Of a stretch of 41,412 bases of DNA, positions 32,941-41,412 are shown piece after piece. Under the pieces are notes generated by a model. The model had not been told where the DNA came from. It saw only the letters and a program-made list of their open reading frames with translations, and did not search any database. Made by a program: the position numbers and the translations under genes. Each line of letters begins with the position of its first letter. Within the stretch, counting starts at the first letter, position 1. The stretch is from an uncultured Gemmatimonadales bacterium (GTDB lineage Bacteria > Gemmatimonadota > Gemmatimonadetes > Gemmatimonadales > GWC2-71-9): positions 1 through 41,412 of the forward strand of contig CAWGSK010000023.1 of NCBI GenBank assembly GCA_963825055.1, read 5' to 3'.

Positions 32941-34256
32941 TGGCCGGCATGCCCTCGCGGATGCGGCGCCAACGCCCCATCCTGGCCCTCCTGGCCCTCG
33001 TACTCCGGGCGTACCCGCTCCCGGCGCAAGGCATGCCTCCGGCCGATCCGGCCTCTCTGGGATTCTCGGCTGCGAGGCTGGCGCGTGTCGACAGCGTCGT
33101 GCAGCGGTACGTCGATTCCGGCCGGGCGGCCGGGGTTGTCGTGCTGGTCACCCGGCATGGCAGGATCGCGTACCGGCGGGCGTTCGGCTTCGCGGACCGT
33201 GAGGCCGGCCGCCGCATGACTATGGATGCCCTGTTCCGCATCGCGTCGCAGACCAAGGCCGTCACCAGCGTAGCCGCGATGATGCTCGTGGAGGAGGGGA
33301 AGCTGACGCTCAACGATCCGGTGAGCCGATACATCCCGACCTTCGCCAGCACCTCGGTCATGGTGGAGAACGACTCGGGATCGGTGGTCGTTCCCGCCAC
33401 GCGCCCGATCACGATTCGCGACCTGCTGACCCACACCGCGGGCATCTCCTACGGAACGGACCGGCTCGTGGCCGGGCAGTATCGGGACAGCGGGCTGGGC
33501 CCGGCGGCGGGGTGGGGCTGGTATACCGCCGACAAGGACGAACCCATCTGTACCACGATGGAGCGGTTGGGAACCCTGCCGTTCGTTGCCCAGCCCGGGA
33601 GCCGGTGGGTCTACGGCTACTCCCTGGATGTGCTCGGCTGCGTGATCGAACGGGTCTCCGGCACCCCGCTCGACCAGTTCTTCCGGACGCGGATCTTCCA
33701 GCAACTCGGGATGCGGGATACCTGGTTCTATCCTCCCGCGAGCGAGGCGAGCCGTCTGGCCACAGTCTACGCCGCCGGCGACAGCGGACTCCGGCGCGCC
33801 CCGCCGGGCCCCCGTGGCCAGGGCGACTACCTGGCCGGACCGCGAAAGAGCTTTGCCGGGGGGGCGGGACTGGTCTCGACCGCGACCGACTATGCCCGTT
33901 TTCTCCAGATGCTCCTGAATGGCGGCACGCTGGACGGCATCCGTGTGCTCAGTCCGGCCACGGTGCGGCTGATGACGACGAACCAGGTCGCCGATTCTGT
34001 CTACGGTGGGTCGGCGGGCGGATTCGGGCTCGGGTTCGAGATCGTGGAGGATCCTGGTCTGGCGGGCGCATACGGCCCGGCCGGCCGGTATGGCTGGGGG
34101 GGGGCGTACGGCACCAGCTACTGGGTCGACCCCCGCAATGAGCTGGTCGCCCTGTTCATGGTGCAGTTGCTGCCGAGGGGCGACTTCGACCTGGCCGGAA
34201 AGTTCCCGGCCCTGGTGTATCAGGCGATCGTGGAGCCGGGGACGGCCGCGCCATGA
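32940..34256 (+). CDS. Secreted serine hydrolase (beta-lactamase/class C-like family)
   Basis: FRIASQTK (SxxK), LLTHTAG, WVYGYS, GGAGLVST and GWGGAYGT motifs; N-terminal signal-like segment. Start overlaps the K3 stop (32937 or 32940). Confidence 0.9.
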   Translation: MAGMPSRMRRQRPILALLALVLRAYPLPAQGMPPADPASLGFSAARLARVDSVVQRYVDSGRAAGVVVLVTRHGRIAYRRAFGFADREAGRRMTMDALFRIASQTKAVTSVAAMMLVEEGKLTLNDPVSRYIPTFASTSVMVENDSGSVVVPATRPITIRDLLTHTAGISYGTDRLVAGQYRDSGLGPAAGWGWYTADKDEPICTTMERLGTLPFVAQPGSRWVYGYSLDVLGCVIERVSGTPLDQFFRTRIFQQLGMRDTWFYPPASEASRLATVYAAGDSGLRRAPPGPRGQGDYLAGPRKSFAGGAGLVSTATDYARFLQMLLNGGTLDGIRVLSPATVRLMTTNQVADSVYGGSAGGFGLGFEIVEDPGLAGAYGPAGRYGWGGAYGTSYWVDPRNELVALFMVQLLPRGDFDLAGKFPALVYQAIVEPGTAAP

Positions 34257-36910
34257 CCTTCGAACGGCTCAGCGCCAGTCTCGCCGACCGCTACGCGATC
34301 GAGCGGGAGCTTGGGGCGGGGGGCATGGCGACGGTGTACCTCGCGCAGGACCTGAAGCATGACCGCCGTGTGGCGGTGAAGGTGCTGCGGCCCGAGCTGG
34401 CGGCGGTGATCGGGGCCGAGCGGTTCCTGAGTGAGATCAAGACGACGGCCAACCTGCAGCACCCGCATATCCTGCCGCTGCACGACTCGGGCGAAGCCGA
34501 TGGCTTCCTCTTCTATGTCATGCCGTATGTGGAGGGGGAGTCCCTGCGCGACCGGCTGACCCGGGAGAAGCAGCTGCCGGTGGACGAGTCCATCCGGCTG
34601 GCCACGGAAGTGGCGGCGGCGCTGGACTACGCCCACCGGCACGGAGTGATCCACCGGGACATCAAGCCGGAGAACATCCTGCTGCACGACGGCAGCGCGC
34701 TGGTGGCGGACTTCGGGATCGCGCTGGCGATGAGCTCGGCGGGCGGGACGCGGATGACGGAGACAGGGATGAGTCTCGGGACGCCGCACTACATGAGTCC
34801 CGAGCAGGCGATGGGGGAGCGGGAGATCACGGCGCGGAGCGACGTGTACGCGCTGGGAGCGGTGACGTACGAGATGCTGACCGGGGACCCACCGTTCACC
34901 GGGAGCACGGCGCAGGCGATCGTGGCGCGGGTGGTGACGGAGAGCCCGCGGTCGATGACGACGCAGCGGCACACGATCCCGCCGCACGTGGAGGCGGCGG
35001 TCTTCCAGGCGCTGGAGAAGCTGCCGGCCGACCGGTTTGCCAGCGCGGCGGAGTTTGCCTCAGCACTGGCCAATCCGGGCGCAACCAGCCGACGTGTGGC
35101 GGAGGCCGCCGGCTCGCCGCAGGGAGCGGGGAGCCGGTGGCGTTTCCTCTGGCCGGCCGCGGTTGTCCTGCTGACGCTGGCCGCGCTCTGGGGGTGGTTC
35201 CGCCCTGCGGCCGCCCCGGTGCCCGGTCGCCAGCGTGTGATGCTCTGGAACTTCCCGTTCCCGGATTTTCTCATCCCCAGCTCGCCCCGTATCGAAGCCC
35301 GGGCGGCCATCTCCCCCAACGGGGCGTATATCGTCTTCGCCGACTCCTCCGGCGACGACACGCAACTCTTCCTCAAGGCGCGCAATGAAACCACCGCCAC
35401 GCCGATTCCCGGGACGGAGGGCGCGGCGGGGCCCTTTTTCTCGCCCGATGGTGAATGGATCGGATACTTCGCCCACGGCGGGAGTGTCCGGAAGGTCCGG
35501 GTTTCCGGGGGCGGGTCCATCAAGCTCTCCGCGGCCGGGAATGAGACCTACACCGTCGGCACCTGGCTTGATGACGGCACCATCGTCTTCGTCGACGCGG
35601 CCGGGGCGATGTCGCGGATTCCCAGTTCGGGCGGGGACGTCGCGGTCCTGCGCCCGGCCGATCTCGCCCACCGCGATGACGTGTCCACCCTGTCGCCCCT
35701 GCCCCGGAGTCGCGGGGTACTCTTCACCGGCTGTCCGGGCAACTGCGCGAGCGGATCCTCGATCTACGCCTTCGACATCGTACACGATACGACGCTCCTC
35801 CTCCTCCCGGACGCCACGGGAGGGTGGTACTCGCCGACCGGCCACCTGCTCTACACCAGCCGGGAAGGGGGGCTCTACGCCGTCGGATTCGACCTGGACC
35901 ACCTGGCGGTTACCTCCGGTCCTGTGTCCGTGGCGGACGGGGTGGCACCGGCGGGCTTCGCCATGTCAGCCTCCGGTCTGGCTTTGCTGACGCTCGGGAC
36001 CCAGGACCTGAACCAGTCCACGCTCGTCTGGGTCTCGCGGGATGGCACGGAGGAGCCCTACGCCCCCGACTGGACGGGACAGTTCGAGTATCCCGCGCTG
36101 TCGCCCGACGGTCGGAGCATCGCCGTCAGCGTACGTGAGGGGGTGACGCAGCTCTGGGTCCGCCGGGCGGACGGGTCCCGGCTCCGGATCTCGCGGGGGG
36201 ACCTCGGCAGCTGGCGGCCATCGTGGACGGCGGATGGAAACGGCTTCGCCTTCACCACCACCAACACCGCCTCCAGTGCGGCGGGCGCCAATGACGTGTA
36301 CGAAAGTCCGCTCGATGCCAGCACGCCGCCGCGCCTGCTGCTCGACCTGCCGGTGGGGATCTGGGAGATCGAATTCAGCCGTGATGGTGCCTGGATGGTG
36401 GTGCGGACGGATGACAAGTCGTCGGTGGGCGTGTTCTACGCCCGGCAGCTGCGGGGTGATACCACGCTGTCCATGATCTACTCGGACAGCAGCTTCAATA
36501 CACAGCTGGCGCTTTCGCCTGACAGCCGCTGGCTGGCGTTCACGTCCGACCGCTCGGGGCGGTCCGAGGTGTACGTGGCGTCGTTTCCCGGGATGCAGGT
36601 CAAGTACCCCGTCTCGCAGGGGGGCGGGACCGAACCCCGGTGGTCGCACAGCGGGCGTGAGCTGTTCTTCAAGAGCCGGGGAAAACTGATGAGCCTTCCG
36701 GTCACTCCCGGGGCCGGGTTTGCCCCCGGAAGCGCCCGCGCGCTCTTCTCTGTCCGGAGCTACGCGAACGCCGTCAACCGGCCCCAGTATGACGTCGGGC
36801 CCGATGACCGGCGCTTCGTGATGATCCGGCGGCCGGAACGTTCGGGTCGTGAGGATGTCGTCCTGGTGGAAAATTTCTTTGCCGACCTCGCGGCCAGGGT
36901 GAAGCAGTGA
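34253..36910 (+). CDS. Receptor-type Ser/Thr kinase K4 (kinase-TM-beta-propeller)
   Basis: ATGA overlap. Kinase domain differs from K2 by about one residue. [23 protein letters not shown]40-like repeats. Confidence 0.92.
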   Translation: MTFERLSASLADRYAIERELGAGGMATVYLAQDLKHDRRVAVKVLRPELAAVIGAERFLSEIKTTANLQHPHILPLHDSGEADGFLFYVMPYVEGESLRDRLTREKQLPVDESIRLATEVAAALDYAHRHGVIHRDIKPENILLHDGSALVADFGIALAMSSAGGTRMTETGMSLGTPHYMSPEQAMGEREITARSDVYALGAVTYEMLTGDPPFTGSTAQAIVARVVTESPRSMTTQRHTIPPHVEAAVFQALEKLPADRFASAAEFASALANPGATSRRVAEAAGSPQGAGSRWRFLWPAAVVLLTLAALWGWFRPAAAPVPGRQRVMLWNFPFPDFLIPSSPRIEARAAISPNGAYIVFADSSGDDTQLFLKARNETTATPIPGTEGAAGPFFSPDGEWIGYFAHGGSVRKVRVSGGGSIKLSAAGNETYTVGTWLDDGTIVFVDAAGAMSRIPSSGGDVAVLRPADLAHRDDVSTLSPLPRSRGVLFTGCPGNCASGSSIYAFDIVHDTTLLLLPDATGGWYSPTGHLLYTSREGGLYAVGFDLDHLAVTSGPVSVADGVAPAGFAMSASGLALLTLGTQDLNQSTLVWVSRDGTEEPYAPDWTGQFEYPALSPDGRSIAVSVREGVTQLWVRRADGSRLRISRGDLGSWRPSWTADGNGFAFTTTNTASSAAGANDVYESPLDASTPPRLLLDLPVGIWEIEFSRDGAWMVVRTDDKSSVGVFYARQLRGDTTLSMIYSDSSFNTQLALSPDSRWLAFTSDRSGRSEVYVASFPGMQVKYPVSQGGGTEPRWSHSGRELFFKSRGKLMSLPVTPGAGFAPGSARALFSVRSYANAVNRPQYDVGPDDRRFVMIRRPERSGREDVVLVENFFADLAARVKQ
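34691..35073 (+). repeat. Direct repeat copy 2 (kinase C-lobe), near-identical to 28019-28401
   Basis: Manual alignment, offset 6672 nt, one mismatch. Confidence 0.85.
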
Positions 36911-37302
36911 GTAATGCCCCCGAGCGCCTGCGCGCGGCCCTCACTGACCGTTACCGGATCGAGCGCGAGCTCGGGCAGGGCGGAATGGCCGCCGTCTATC
37001 TCGCCCAGGACCTGAAGCACGACCGCAAGGTCGCGCTCAAGGTCCTGAGGCCGGAACTTGCGGCCGTCCTCGGCGCGAACGTGTCGGCCTCGTCCGGGCT
37101 CACGATCGGACCGGCGCAGGAGCTGTTCGTAGACACGACCTACCTGCGCGCCCCCAGCTACCGGGGGTATGACGTGGCCCGTGACGACCGCTCGTTCATC
37201 ATGCTCCGCGTGATTCCCGAGACCGATACCGGGCCGACAGGGGATCTGATATTCGTGGACAACTGGTTTACGGAACTCAGCCGGAAGGGAGCGAAGCCGT
37301 GA
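36907..37302 (+). pseudogene. Internally deleted receptor kinase paralog (kinase N-terminus fused in frame to the last propeller blade)
   Basis: aa 1-57 are kinase subdomains I-II ([17 protein letters not shown]...[13 protein letters not shown]). aa 58-131 are the C-terminal tail ([13 protein letters not shown]...[11 protein letters not shown]), as in the intact paralogs. Confidence 0.85.
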
Positions 37303-39968
37303 GCCGCCTCTCCGAAGCCCTGGCCGACCGGTACACCATCGAACGCGAACTGGGCGCGGGCGGGATGGCCACGGTTTACCTGGCGCACGACCTCCGCCAC
37401 GACCGGCAGGTGGCCATCAAGGTGTTGCGACCCGAGCTCGCCGCCGTGATCGGCGCCGAGCGATTCCTGTCCGAGATCAAGACCACGGCCAACCTGCAGC
37501 ACCCGCACATCCTCCCCCTCTTCGACTCGGGGGAGGCGGACGGCCAGGTCTTCTACGTGATGCCCTATGTGGAGGGCGAGAGTATCCGCGACCTGCTCGC
37601 GCGCGAGCGACAGCTTCCCGTGGAGGACGCGGTCCGCATCGCCACCCAGGTGGCGCAGGCACTCGACTACGCGCATCGCCACGGCGTCGTGCACCGGGAC
37701 ATCAAGCCCGAAAACATCATGCTGCATGACGGCAGCGCGGTCGTCGCCGACTTCGGCATCGCGCTGGCTGTGAGCCGGTCCGACGGCGGCACCCGGATGA
37801 CCGAGACCGGCATGTCGCTCGGGACCCCGCACTACATGGCCCCGGAACAGGCGATGGGTGAGCGCGAGATCACGGCCCGGAGCGACGTGTACGCGCTGGG
37901 TTGCGTCCTGTATGAAATGCTGGCAGGTGAGCCGCCGTTCACCGGGCCAACGGCGCAGGCGATCATTGCGCGGGTCGTGACGGAGGAACCCCGTTCCCTG
38001 ACCGTCCAGCGGAAGACCGTGCCCCCCAACGTGGCGGCGGCTGTCGTGCGTGCGCTGCAGAAGCTTCCCGCGGACCGCTTCGCGACGGCGGCGCAATTTG
38101 CCGAGGCGCTGAACCGGCCGGGCTACGCCACGGAAACCCTCGAAGCGACTGCCACCATGGCGGCATCGCGGCGGGGTCGACGGCAGACCGTCCTGCGGAT
38201 GGCTCCCTGGGGGCTGGCCGCCATCCTGGCGGGCCTCGCGGCGTGGGTCTGGCTTCGGTCCCGGCCCGAGCCCCCGGTCAGCTGGCAGTACATCTCGGTC
38301 GGGGACACGCTGTCCCCGACGGTCACGGGTCCGTCGCTCGCCCTGGCGCCGGATGGCCGGAGCCTCGTGTTCAAGGACGAACGGCAGAACGGGCTGCTGT
38401 GGCTCAAGCGATGGGACCGGCTCGATCCCGTGCCGATTCCGGGGACGGAGCGCGCCAATGCCCCGGCGTTTTCTCCTGACGGCAGCTGGGTGGCGTTCCT
38501 GGCGGACGGTCGGCTCAAGAAGGTCCGTTCTGAGGGTGGTGGCGCGATGACCCTGGCTGATACGGCTACGACGGTCCCCGCGGGCGGATACAAGTTCGCA
38601 TGGCTGGACGACGGCACCCTGATCTATCCCGCCGCGCGCCAGGATCAGTTGCTGCGTGTCAGTGCGAACGGCGGCCAGAGCACGGTGGTCCTGGCGGACT
38701 CCGCCCTGCGCGGGTTCGGCCTGCTCAACCTGGAACCCCTGCCGGGGGCGCGCGGCGTCCTGTTCACACCCTGCATTTCGGGGTGCGTGACCATCGGGCT
38801 TCATGTCCTCGATCTGCGCACCGGGACCCAGAAACTGCTGCTGGCCAATATTGTGAGCGGATGGTACCTGCCCGACGGATATCTGATGTACGCGACCCGC
38901 GCCGGGACAATCTTCGGCGCGAAGTTCGACCTCGACAAGCTGGAGATCACCGGTCCCGCGATACCGCTGCTCGAAGATGTGAGGGTGACTGCGGGGAATG
39001 CCTTCCTGGCCTGGTCATCCAGCGGGAACCTTGTCTACCTCCGGGGCAGGGGGGTCACGACGGACCTCGAGGTGGTGCGGGTCAGCCGGATGGGCGTGCC
39101 GACCATCGTCGACAGCAGCTGGACGGGCGGGTTCAACTCGTTCGCGCTCTCGCCGGACGGCCGGCGTCTGGCGGTCGGGACCGGCCTGACGGCCGGGGGC
39201 CTCAGCATCTGGCTCAAGCAACTCGACCGGGGCACCTTCGGCCGGCTGAGCTTCGGGGGGCAGGACCGCCGTCCGGTCTGGTCCCCCGACGGCAGGCAGG
39301 TCGCATTCATCCGGGACAGCACGGCGGGCGGCAACGTGTTCGTCCGCGCGGCAGATGGAAGCGGCGGCGACCGCCTCCTTGGACACCTGGACCGGCAGAT
39401 TCAGGAAGTGGAGTGGTCGCCCGACGGCCGGTGGCTGGTGGTGCGGACCGACAACGGGACCGCCGGCGCGGGCGACCTGGTCGGCATCCCGCTGTCCGGA
39501 GATACCGCGGCGGTGCCACTCGTCGCCAGTCCGTTCACCGAACTCCATCCCGCCGTGTCCCCGGACGGAGCCTGGCTGGCGTACGTCTCGAACGAATCCG
39601 GGGAAAATGAGGTATATGTCCGTTCCTTCCCGCAGACCGCCGGCGGACGGTGGCAGGTCTCCAATGGCGGGGGGTCGCAACCGCGATGGTCATCCAGCGG
39701 GAAGGAACTGTTCTACGTGGACGTCACGGGCAGGCTGGTATCCGCGCATGTCCAGACCAGGCCGGTATTCCAGGTCACCGGCCTTGAATCACTCTTTTCC
39801 GTGACCGATTTCCTGCTGGACGACTTTCACCAGTCCTACGCGGTCACGCCCGACGGAACCGGATTCTACTTCCTGCGGCGGGCGCGCACGGAGCGCGGCG
39901 CCGAGTCCGACCGCGTCGTGCTCGTGGAGCACTGGTTCTCCGACGTGGCCAAACGGATGGAGCAGTGA
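37299..39968 (+). CDS. Receptor-type Ser/Thr kinase K5 (kinase-TM-beta-propeller)
   Basis: GTGA overlap. Full Hanks motifs, [22 protein letters not shown]40-like repeats. Confidence 0.92.
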   Translation: MSRLSEALADRYTIERELGAGGMATVYLAHDLRHDRQVAIKVLRPELAAVIGAERFLSEIKTTANLQHPHILPLFDSGEADGQVFYVMPYVEGESIRDLLARERQLPVEDAVRIATQVAQALDYAHRHGVVHRDIKPENIMLHDGSAVVADFGIALAVSRSDGGTRMTETGMSLGTPHYMAPEQAMGEREITARSDVYALGCVLYEMLAGEPPFTGPTAQAIIARVVTEEPRSLTVQRKTVPPNVAAAVVRALQKLPADRFATAAQFAEALNRPGYATETLEATATMAASRRGRRQTVLRMAPWGLAAILAGLAAWVWLRSRPEPPVSWQYISVGDTLSPTVTGPSLALAPDGRSLVFKDERQNGLLWLKRWDRLDPVPIPGTERANAPAFSPDGSWVAFLADGRLKKVRSEGGGAMTLADTATTVPAGGYKFAWLDDGTLIYPAARQDQLLRVSANGGQSTVVLADSALRGFGLLNLEPLPGARGVLFTPCISGCVTIGLHVLDLRTGTQKLLLANIVSGWYLPDGYLMYATRAGTIFGAKFDLDKLEITGPAIPLLEDVRVTAGNAFLAWSSSGNLVYLRGRGVTTDLEVVRVSRMGVPTIVDSSWTGGFNSFALSPDGRRLAVGTGLTAGGLSIWLKQLDRGTFGRLSFGGQDRRPVWSPDGRQVAFIRDSTAGGNVFVRAADGSGGDRLLGHLDRQIQEVEWSPDGRWLVVRTDNGTAGAGDLVGIPLSGDTAAVPLVASPFTELHPAVSPDGAWLAYVSNESGENEVYVRSFPQTAGGRWQVSNGGGSQPRWSSSGKELFYVDVTGRLVSAHVQTRPVFQVTGLESLFSVTDFLLDDFHQSYAVTPDGTGFYFLRRARTERGAESDRVVLVEHWFSDVAKRMEQ

Positions 39969-41320
39969 ACCAGACCTCCGGTCTCGACCGCGCCATCGGG
40001 CCCTGGGCGCTCGGCGCCAACGCCGTGAACCTGACGGTCGGCGCCGGGATATTCGCCCTGCCGGCCGTCGTGGCAGCCATTCTCGGCCCGGCGGCCCTCC
40101 TGGCGTACCTGATCTGCGGCGCGCTGATTCTGCTCGTGCTGACCTGCTTCGCCGAGGTCGGCAGCCAGGTGACACGGAGCGGCGGTGTCGTGGCCTATGT
40201 TGAAGAGGCATTCGGCCCGATGGCCGGCTTCCTCGCCTGGGCCGTCTTCGCCATCGGTTTCTCGATGGCTGCGGATGCCGCCATCGCCCATGTGCTCCTC
40301 GACGCGGTCGCCGTCGGCATACCGGTCCTGGCGCGACCCCTTCCGAGGGCCCTGGGCCTCCTGGTCCTCTTTGGCGGGCTGGCAGCCGTCAACATCCGCG
40401 GCGTGCGCCAGGGCACCCGGGTGTCCGTCGTCACGACCGTGGCCAAGCTGGTGCCGCTGCTGCTGCTCGTGGCGGTCGGCATGTTCGCGATTCGATGGTC
40501 GAATCTCACCTGGTCTGGCTGGCCGTCGGGCAAGGAACTCGGCACCGCAGCCCTGGTGCTCTTCTTCGCGTTTGCCGGAGCGGAAAGCGCCCTGACGCCG
40601 AGTGGAGAGATCCGCGATCCGGGCCGGACGGTACCGCGCGGAATGCTGGGAGCCGTGGGCGCGATCGTGTTGCTCTACGTGGCTCTGCAGCTGACCGCCC
40701 AGGGCGTACTCGGGAACGACCTCGCGACCGGCGGAAACGCACCGTTGCTCGCCGTTGCCCAGTCCCTCGCCGGCGGAGCGGGGCGAGCGGTCATTGCGGC
40801 CTGTACGGCTATCGCGGTGTTCGGCGCCCTGGCGGCAGACATGATCGGCACGCCACGGGCGTTCCTCGCTGCCGCGGAGGCCGGCACCCTGCCCGCGGTG
40901 CTCCGGAAGATCCATCCGCGTTTCCATACGCCCTGGGTCTCGATCGCCGCCTTCGCCGGGCTGACCTTCGTGGTGGCAGTGAGTGGCAGCTTCCGGACGC
41001 TGGCCGTGCTGGGGAGCCTCGCGCTGTTGCTGGTCTATCTGGCCGTCTGCCTTGCCGCGCTCCGGATCCGCTATACCCGGCCCCACGCCCCCGGGACGTT
41101 CCGCGCACCCGGCGGCCCGACCGTCGCGCTGCTGGCGTCGGGCGCAGTGGTGTGGGTCCTGGCGCACTCCACCCGGCGCGAGTCCATCGCCATGGCGGTG
41201 TTCATCGGGGTGGCCACCCTGTATTACATCATCCGGACGCGGTTCCTGCCTTTGGCGCTCGCAACGGTCCCGGCGGGTTCTCCCGACGACGCAGCCGACC
41301 TCTCCAGGGGGAAGATGTGA
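39965..41320 (+). CDS. APC family amino acid permease
   Basis: VGAGIFALP, CFAEVGS...SGG, FAFAGAE, GEIRDP and IHPRFHTP motifs; about 12 TM segments. Confidence 0.92.
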   Translation: MNQTSGLDRAIGPWALGANAVNLTVGAGIFALPAVVAAILGPAALLAYLICGALILLVLTCFAEVGSQVTRSGGVVAYVEEAFGPMAGFLAWAVFAIGFSMAADAAIAHVLLDAVAVGIPVLARPLPRALGLLVLFGGLAAVNIRGVRQGTRVSVVTTVAKLVPLLLLVAVGMFAIRWSNLTWSGWPSGKELGTAALVLFFAFAGAESALTPSGEIRDPGRTVPRGMLGAVGAIVLLYVALQLTAQGVLGNDLATGGNAPLLAVAQSLAGGAGRAVIAACTAIAVFGALAADMIGTPRAFLAAAEAGTLPAVLRKIHPRFHTPWVSIAAFAGLTFVVAVSGSFRTLAVLGSLALLLVYLAVCLAALRIRYTRPHAPGTFRAPGGPTVALLASGAVVWVLAHSTRRESIAMAVFIGVATLYYIIRTRFLPLALATVPAGSPDDAADLSRGKM

Positions 41321-41412
41321 TGGAACCCGTAGCCCGCCTCGGCGCGGCCCTCTCGGACCGCTACATGATCGAGAGGGAGCTCGGGGCGGGGGGCATGGCC
41401 ACCGTGTACCTC
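41320..41412 (+). CDS. Start of a further array kinase K6 (truncated by window edge)
   Basis: ATG overlaps the permease stop. Translates as [31 protein letters not shown], the same N-terminus as K1-K5. Confidence 0.85.
   Translation, partial: MEPVARLGAALSDRYMIERELGAGGMATVYL

Noticed and set aside
32940..34256. Antibiotic-resistance beta-lactamase
   Set aside because: The motifs fit the broad serine hydrolase/esterase family (SxxK, Y-x-S, GWGG). Nothing specifically indicates beta-lactam hydrolysis.
22871..41412. Diversity-generating retroelement or site-specific shufflon behind ectodomain variation
   Set aside because: No reverse transcriptase, recombinase, adenine-specific TR/VR pair or inverted recombination sites are visible. 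The repeats are in the kinase part, not the variable part.

Overview
A very GC-rich bacterial chromosomal segment. Gene content and style suggest Gemmatimonadota, but this is inference only. The left half (1-21.9 kb) is mostly housekeeping: tldD-pmbA, a GAF/ligA/V4R cluster, a YtxH-like gene, a TPR gene, pyrimidine nucleoside phosphorylase, a TPR-ectodomain Ser/Thr kinase, a CGNR/ABATE regulator divergent from ABM+DinB genes, lipoprotein-recF-dciA-gyrB, enoyl-CoA hydratase, a sulfotransferase and glpK. The right half (22.9 kb to the window end) is a same-strand, largely translationally coupled array of at least seven paralogous receptor-type Hanks kinases (kinase-TM-TolB/PD40-like beta-propeller). 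Five are intact, one is an in-frame internal-deletion remnant and one is cut by the window edge. Envelope genes are interleaved: a cytochrome c-PQQ dehydrogenase, a serine hydrolase and an APC permease. The kinase domains are nearly invariant and mosaic (a 382/383-nt identical tract between two copies), while the ectodomains are divergent and group differently from their kinases, consistent with recombinational shuffling of a receptor repertoire. Other notable signals are two TAACC-N18-GGTTA boxes overlapping divergent sigma70-like promoters next to the CGNR gene, and several intergenic 7-8-nt tandem-repeat arrays. No CRISPR, tRNA/rRNA, transposase or integrase was recognised.
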